Assembly (NCBI GenBank): GCA_050013715.1
Contig: JBEKES010000029.1
Location: 1 to 11,757 of the forward strand
Source: Candidatus Micrarchaeaceae archaeon
GTDB lineage: Archaea > Micrarchaeota > Micrarchaeia > Micrarchaeales > Micrarchaeaceae
Length of the DNA: 11,757 nucleotides
Reading direction: 5' to 3'
Shown here one piece after another: positions 8,730 to 11,757 of this stretch. Both the position numbers and the translations under genes were made by a program. The number at the start of each line of letters is the position of its first letter. Position 1 is the stretch's first letter. A model generated the notes under the pieces. It did no database searches and was not told the DNA's origin. It saw only the letters and a list, made by a program, of their open reading frames with translations.

Positions 8730-8909
8730 ATATCAATTGAAAGAAACACACTTGCTCACAAAATAAGACGAGTAAGAAATTGCATAAGAAAGACAAGAGC
8801 GATTGATGCACCTAATGGCGTATGGGGTTTGCCAAGACTGCTTAGAAATCATCTTAAGATTAATCTTGCGTCTCTTAGAGTTGAAGCAAAGGCATTACCC
8901 AAAAACTAA
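8730..8909 (+). CDS. Small basic hypothetical protein (59 aa), probable non-canonical ATA start
   Basis: An open frame fills the gap between two genes and stops 4 nt before the convergent nfo stop. GGTG lies 5 nt before an in-frame ATA. The product has 14 K/R versus 3 D/E. Confidence 0.5.
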   Translation: MSIERNTLAHKIRRVRNCIRKTRAIDAPNGVWGLPRLLRNHLKINLASLRVEAKALPKN

Positions 8910-8913
8910 GTCA

Positions 8914-9759
8914 TTATTCAATGGCATCATTTATTATTGACTTGATCGTCTTCATATCTTTTTCATGGTCGTCAGGTTCCTTTACTGGAGTTTCCATTAC
9001 AAAAGAGCCATCGTGGAAACTCCTGTTCTTGAATAAGCTTAGGAATCCCTTTCTTCCTATGTATCCTTTCCCTATGTTCCAATGCCTGTCCAATCCGCTT
9101 CCTAATTCGTATTTCGCATCGTTCAAATGCACGAGCCTGAGCCTGGAAAGCGAGACAAAGGAATCAAATTCATTTATTGTCTTGTCAACTGCTTCCTCTG
9201 TCCTCAAGTCGTATCCGGCAGCAAAGGCATGGCAGGTGTCAAAGCATACTCCTATTCTTTTGCTTTGCAGATTGTCAACAATGGCTCCTATCTCTTCGAA
9301 TTTGGAGCCGACGCTGTTGTTGTAGCCGGAGCCGTTCTCAAGGAGTATGTTCACATTCTCAGTAGAGCCAAGCACCTCATTCAATGCATTTGAAACTCTT
9401 TCTATGCCGTATTCAATGCCTTTGCCCTTGTGCGAGCCCAGGTGTATTATGAGATAATCTATATTCAGCATATTGCAGTTGTTTATATTGTCTTTCAGCA
9501 TATGCTTGCTCTTTTCATATGTTTCATCTTCATAGCATGCAAGATTGCAAAGATACGGCATATGGGAATAGGGTATTGACTTGCTGGATTTGTTCATTTT
9601 TATGAAATTAATGCTGTCACTAGCATCTATTGTTGAGTTTTTCCAGGACCTGGCACTAGTGGTGAACAGCTGGAAAGCGCCATACTTCATCTCATTTGCC
9701 TCCATCGCCGAATTTGCAATGGCTCCTGCAATGGACAAATGAAAACCTAGCCTTATCAT
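8914..9759 (-). CDS. nfo: Endonuclease IV (AP endonuclease family 2)
   Basis: Motifs GFHLSIAG, FQLF, HMPYLCNLA, HLGS, LLEN, CFDTCHAFAAGYD, HLNDAK..GSGLDRH, METP. ATG at 9759, with an adjacent TTG at 9762. Confidence 0.95.
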   Translation of the reverse strand: MIRLGFHLSIAGAIANSAMEANEMKYGAFQLFTTSARSWKNSTIDASDSINFIKMNKSSKSIPYSHMPYLCNLACYEDETYEKSKHMLKDNINNCNMLNIDYLIIHLGSHKGKGIEYGIERVSNALNEVLGSTENVNILLENGSGYNNSVGSKFEEIGAIVDNLQSKRIGVCFDTCHAFAAGYDLRTEEAVDKTINEFDSFVSLSRLRLVHLNDAKYELGSGLDRHWNIGKGYIGRKGFLSLFKNRSFHDGSFVMETPVKEPDDHEKDMKTIKSIINDAIE

Positions 9760-9874
9760 CAAATCAAAATATAATATACATTAATGCTATTAAATAAACA
9801 GCGTGAATGCCACTAATCCTGTTAATGCATTGCTATTTAAAAAGGATGGCATTTAAATAATCTCGGGTGTTCCA

Positions 9875-10249
9875 TTGGTTAAAAAAGCATTGCTTAGCAT
9901 GTATGATGTTGAACAATTCTTAAGGGAAGCAGGTGCAGAGAAGATAAATGAAAAAGCGGTTATAAGCCTTGAAAGAGAATTGGAAGACACAGCAAACCAG
10001 CTTGTGGAAGAGGCATCTGTCTATGCAAACTATGCCGGAAGAAAGAAGGTGATAAACCTATCCGACATAGACCTGACCCAAAACAATAGCAAGCCTATGA
10101 AGCGTATTATAAAATACAAAGGCAAGGCAATAAGGTCAAGAAAAATCAGGAAGGCAAGACTGATTATAAAACCGCCGAAAATAATGCTTGTGAACAATGT
10201 GCCTGTAATCAAAGAAGAGCAGATAAGTACAATAAGGGCGCAAATCTGA
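9875..10249 (+). CDS. Archaeal histone-fold protein with about 55-aa C-terminal extension
   Basis: Residues 7-67 align by eye with HMf-type histones (LREAGAEKIN...A...L...LE...A..YA.YAGRKKVINLSDIDL versus KDAGAERVS...HAGRKTIKAEDIEL). TTG start with GGTG 5 nt upstream. Confidence 0.85.
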   Translation: MVKKALLSMYDVEQFLREAGAEKINEKAVISLERELEDTANQLVEEASVYANYAGRKKVINLSDIDLTQNNSKPMKRIIKYKGKAIRSRKIRKARLIIKPPKIMLVNNVPVIKEEQISTIRAQI

Positions 10250-10287
10250 CTGTTCCTAAATTATTTTTTGATACATATTAATAAATC

Positions 10288-10294
10288 TATAAAA
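10288..10294 (+). promoter_or_regulatory. Putative TATA box of tRNA-Arg
   Basis: TATAAAA 25-31 nt upstream of the tRNA 5' end. Confidence 0.5.
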
Positions 10295-10318
10295 GGCACA
10301 GATTAGATAATAAACTGT

Positions 10319-10392
10319 GCCCTTGTAGTATAACTTGGATAGAACGCGGGCTTGCGGAGCCTGTGATCCGGGTTCAAATCCCGGCGAGGGCG
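10319..10392 (+). tRNA. tRNA-Arg (anticodon GCG), intronless, CCA not encoded
   Basis: Acceptor GCCCTTG/CGAGGGC; anticodon stem CGGGC/GCCTG with loop TTGCGGA (GCG at 10354-10356); T-arm CCGGG-TTCAAAT-CCCGG; D-loop GG followed by A20 (Arg identity element); discriminator G. Confidence 0.96.
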
Positions 10393-10430
10393 GACTTCGA
10401 CGTCAAACCGACTGTAAAATATGTGGTGAT

Positions 10431-10883
10431 ATGCCTAATAAAATAGAAAACTACAAAATTATTGAAACAAGAGATTTCTCTTGTCCCGGTATGATAGGTT
10501 TTACTTTCAAGTATCCAGTGTTTGAAGGTTTGGAAGTGAAAGAAATAGAAATGGTTGATGAAAATACATGTATTATATTTTTGAATGAACCTATAATAAA
10601 TTCCGATAAAGTTTTACCTCCTAATGTTATAATTCCCCCCACACCTGCTCCTTGGATTCAAGTTACTAAAATGATTATAGACATTGTTCCAAATATGGAT
10701 AAGAAAAATCCTCAGGGTGTTTTATATAAACTAATACAAGCCGATAATCTTCAAAAGAAATACGTTGAGTTTTTAATTAAAGATTTTGTACTTTGTATCG
10801 AACTTATCGGTATAAATGAAAAATTCAATTTCTCCAAAGAAATTTTCTGGGAGATCGTGATTAGCAGTTTTAAGGTTATTTAA
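10431..10883 (+). CDS. Hypothetical protein, 150 aa (possible PsbP/Mog1-like fold)
   Basis: ATG at 10431 is preceded by GTGGTGAT; the longer ORF-track start lies inside the tRNA. GFTFKYP near the N-terminus and F..IVISSFKVI at the C-terminus resemble PsbP-like proteins (weak, by eye). Confidence 0.7.
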   Translation: MPNKIENYKIIETRDFSCPGMIGFTFKYPVFEGLEVKEIEMVDENTCIIFLNEPIINSDKVLPPNVIIPPTPAPWIQVTKMIIDIVPNMDKKNPQGVLYKLIQADNLQKKYVEFLIKDFVLCIELIGINEKFNFSKEIFWEIVISSFKVI

Positions 10884-10927
10884 TGGTGAATGATATGTTG
10901 AAGCGTAGAACCCAGATGGGCAATGCT

Positions 10928-10938
10928 CGGCGAGGGCG
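10928..10938 (+). repeat. Direct repeat of tRNA-Arg 3' end (att-like site 2)
   Basis: CGGCGAGGGCG identical to 10382-10392. Confidence 0.85.
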
Positions 10939-11749
10939 TCTTCCTTTTTGTAAAGCCACCTGCTTAAAGATATATTATTATGGTTGTCTAGAAAATATTA
11001 ATTATGGATAATTTAAAAATATTTATTATTTCTTTGGTTGTCGGGACCATTATTGGAGTAGTTGCAAGACCTTTTATAAATGCTACACCCTACCAAATAA
11101 CAGACATATTTTTTTGGATTGCAGTTGTATCAACTATATTAATGATTTTAAAAATTAGTCCAAAATTTATTTTTATATCTATAGGATTAGGAATTATCAT
11201 ATCTTTACTTGCAAGTACGTTTAAAACATCAATTTCAATTTTAACAAATTGGTATGGTTACCCTATAAGCTGGTTAGTTTTTGACATATCTAGTAACTCT
11301 TGGTTAATTCATCCTTATAGTTTATTTATAAATGTACTTTTTTGGTTTACTATTTTGTCAGTTGTATTAATTTTAATTGTGAGCAAATTAAAATTAAATT
11401 TACAGTTGCTTAGTACGTCTTTACTCTTAGGTATTATAGTAACTTTAAGCAGTAGTTTAATTCTATCTGTACCAAATTATTATACTATAGCATATGGTTA
11501 TCCTTTAACCTTTGAAATTTCTGGAAATCCATGGATAATAAATTTATTGATTGATGGAGTATTTTGGTCTGTTATTATTGGAGTTATATTACTTTTTAAA
11601 ATAAAATTAATTCAAAACAATAAAGGACTAATAAATAAAAATTTATCCCATACTATAAGACCTAAGCCAAAATCAATAAAAACTTACGTCGTAAAATAAC
11701 TTTACTTATCAGAGGGCCTTTGCACTTCTGGCGTATAACGGAGAGGGCG
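10939..11749 (+). mobile_element. Putative tRNA-integrated single-gene cassette/islet 2
   Basis: Very AT-rich segment between att-like sites 2 and 3, carrying one membrane-protein ORF. Confidence 0.5.
11004..11699 (+). CDS. Hypothetical polytopic membrane protein (about 6 TM) with three internal hairpin repeats
   Basis: 231-aa ORF with six hydrophobic segments, repeated SxxxGxI[IV] ... (YGYP) ... [DN]xxFW units and a basic C-terminal tail. Confidence 0.8.
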   Translation: MDNLKIFIISLVVGTIIGVVARPFINATPYQITDIFFWIAVVSTILMILKISPKFIFISIGLGIIISLLASTFKTSISILTNWYGYPISWLVFDISSNSWLIHPYSLFINVLFWFTILSVVLILIVSKLKLNLQLLSTSLLLGIIVTLSSSLILSVPNYYTIAYGYPLTFEISGNPWIINLLIDGVFWSVIIGVILLFKIKLIQNNKGLINKNLSHTIRPKPKSIKTYVVK

Positions 11750-11750
11750 G
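11739..11750 (+). repeat. Degenerate direct repeat of tRNA-Arg 3' end (att-like site 3)
   Basis: CGGAGAGGGCGG versus CGGCGAGGGCGG at 10382-10393 (11/12 identical), 40 nt after the stop codon of the second AT-rich gene. Confidence 0.7.
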
Positions 11751-11757
11751 TTCATTT

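Larger units (their letters stand above)
10393..10938 (+). mobile_element. Putative tRNA-integrated single-gene cassette/islet 1
   Basis: AT-rich segment bounded by the tRNA 3' end (10382-10392) and an exact 11-bp copy of it (10928-10938). It carries one main ORF and no integrase. Confidence 0.6.

Noticed and set aside
8851..8867. Overlapping palindromes ATCTTAAGAT and AAGATTAATCTT
   Set aside because: AT-rich, inside a probable coding frame, and not repeated elsewhere in the window.
8730..8909. Identification of the small basic ORF as ribosomal protein eL39
   Set aside because: Only a vague N-terminal resemblance; the RRxWRR signature of eL39 is absent.
8921..9393. + strand ORFs overlapping nfo, plus similar antisense or alternative-frame ORFs within uppS, DUF2070, yjjX, the kinase-like gene and the histone
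   Set aside because: They lie entirely or largely within well-supported genes and have no independent coding signal.
10295..10321. Inverted repeat GGCACAG/CTGTGCC overlapping the tRNA 5' end
   Set aside because: Only 7 bp, and the left arm is probably upstream of the TSS, so it is not in the pre-tRNA; no further support.
10335..10430. N-terminal extension of the 182-aa ORF with apparent CxxC...CxxC motifs (CGAC, CKIC)
   Set aside because: It is a translation of the tRNA-Arg gene and its trailer. The real start is most likely ATG 10431, so the zinc-finger look is fortuitous.
10382..11750. CRISPR array interpretation of the three repeats
   Set aside because: The repeats are 11-12 bp and separated by gene-sized spacers; no cas genes are present.
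11694..11757. Possible integron attC site (AAATAAC overlapping the stop codon ... GTTCATT)
   Set aside because: Poor match to RYYYAAC/GTTRRRY. The internal pairing relies on top-strand G-T pairs that become mismatches on the bottom strand, and cassette 1 has no equivalent. The tRNA-end repeat explains the boundary better.

Overview
Compact archaeal chromosome segment. The histone fold, RFC large subunit, archaeal-type AsnRS, tRNA-Arg(GCG), class III signal-peptide pilin and TATA-type promoters indicate Archaea; the gene style suggests DPANN, possibly Micrarchaeota (inference). Positions 1-10392 are mostly housekeeping: 3' end of a RecJ-like DHH/DHHA1 protein, pilin-like protein, rfcL, uppS, DUF2070 membrane protein, YjjX-type ITP/XTPase, single-TRAM protein, asnS, dolichol/phytol-kinase-like membrane protein, a small basic ORF, endonuclease IV, an atypical histone with a long basic C-terminal tail, and tRNA-Arg(GCG). 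Directly after the tRNA the DNA becomes very AT-rich and holds two single-gene units (about 546 and 811 bp). Each is closed by an 11-12 bp copy of the tRNA 3' end (CGGCGAGGGCG). This looks like a tRNA-anchored tandem array of small non-autonomous gene cassettes, with no integrase in the window, and is the most interesting feature. The tailed, acidic-fold histone and a probable ATA-initiated 59-aa gene come next.
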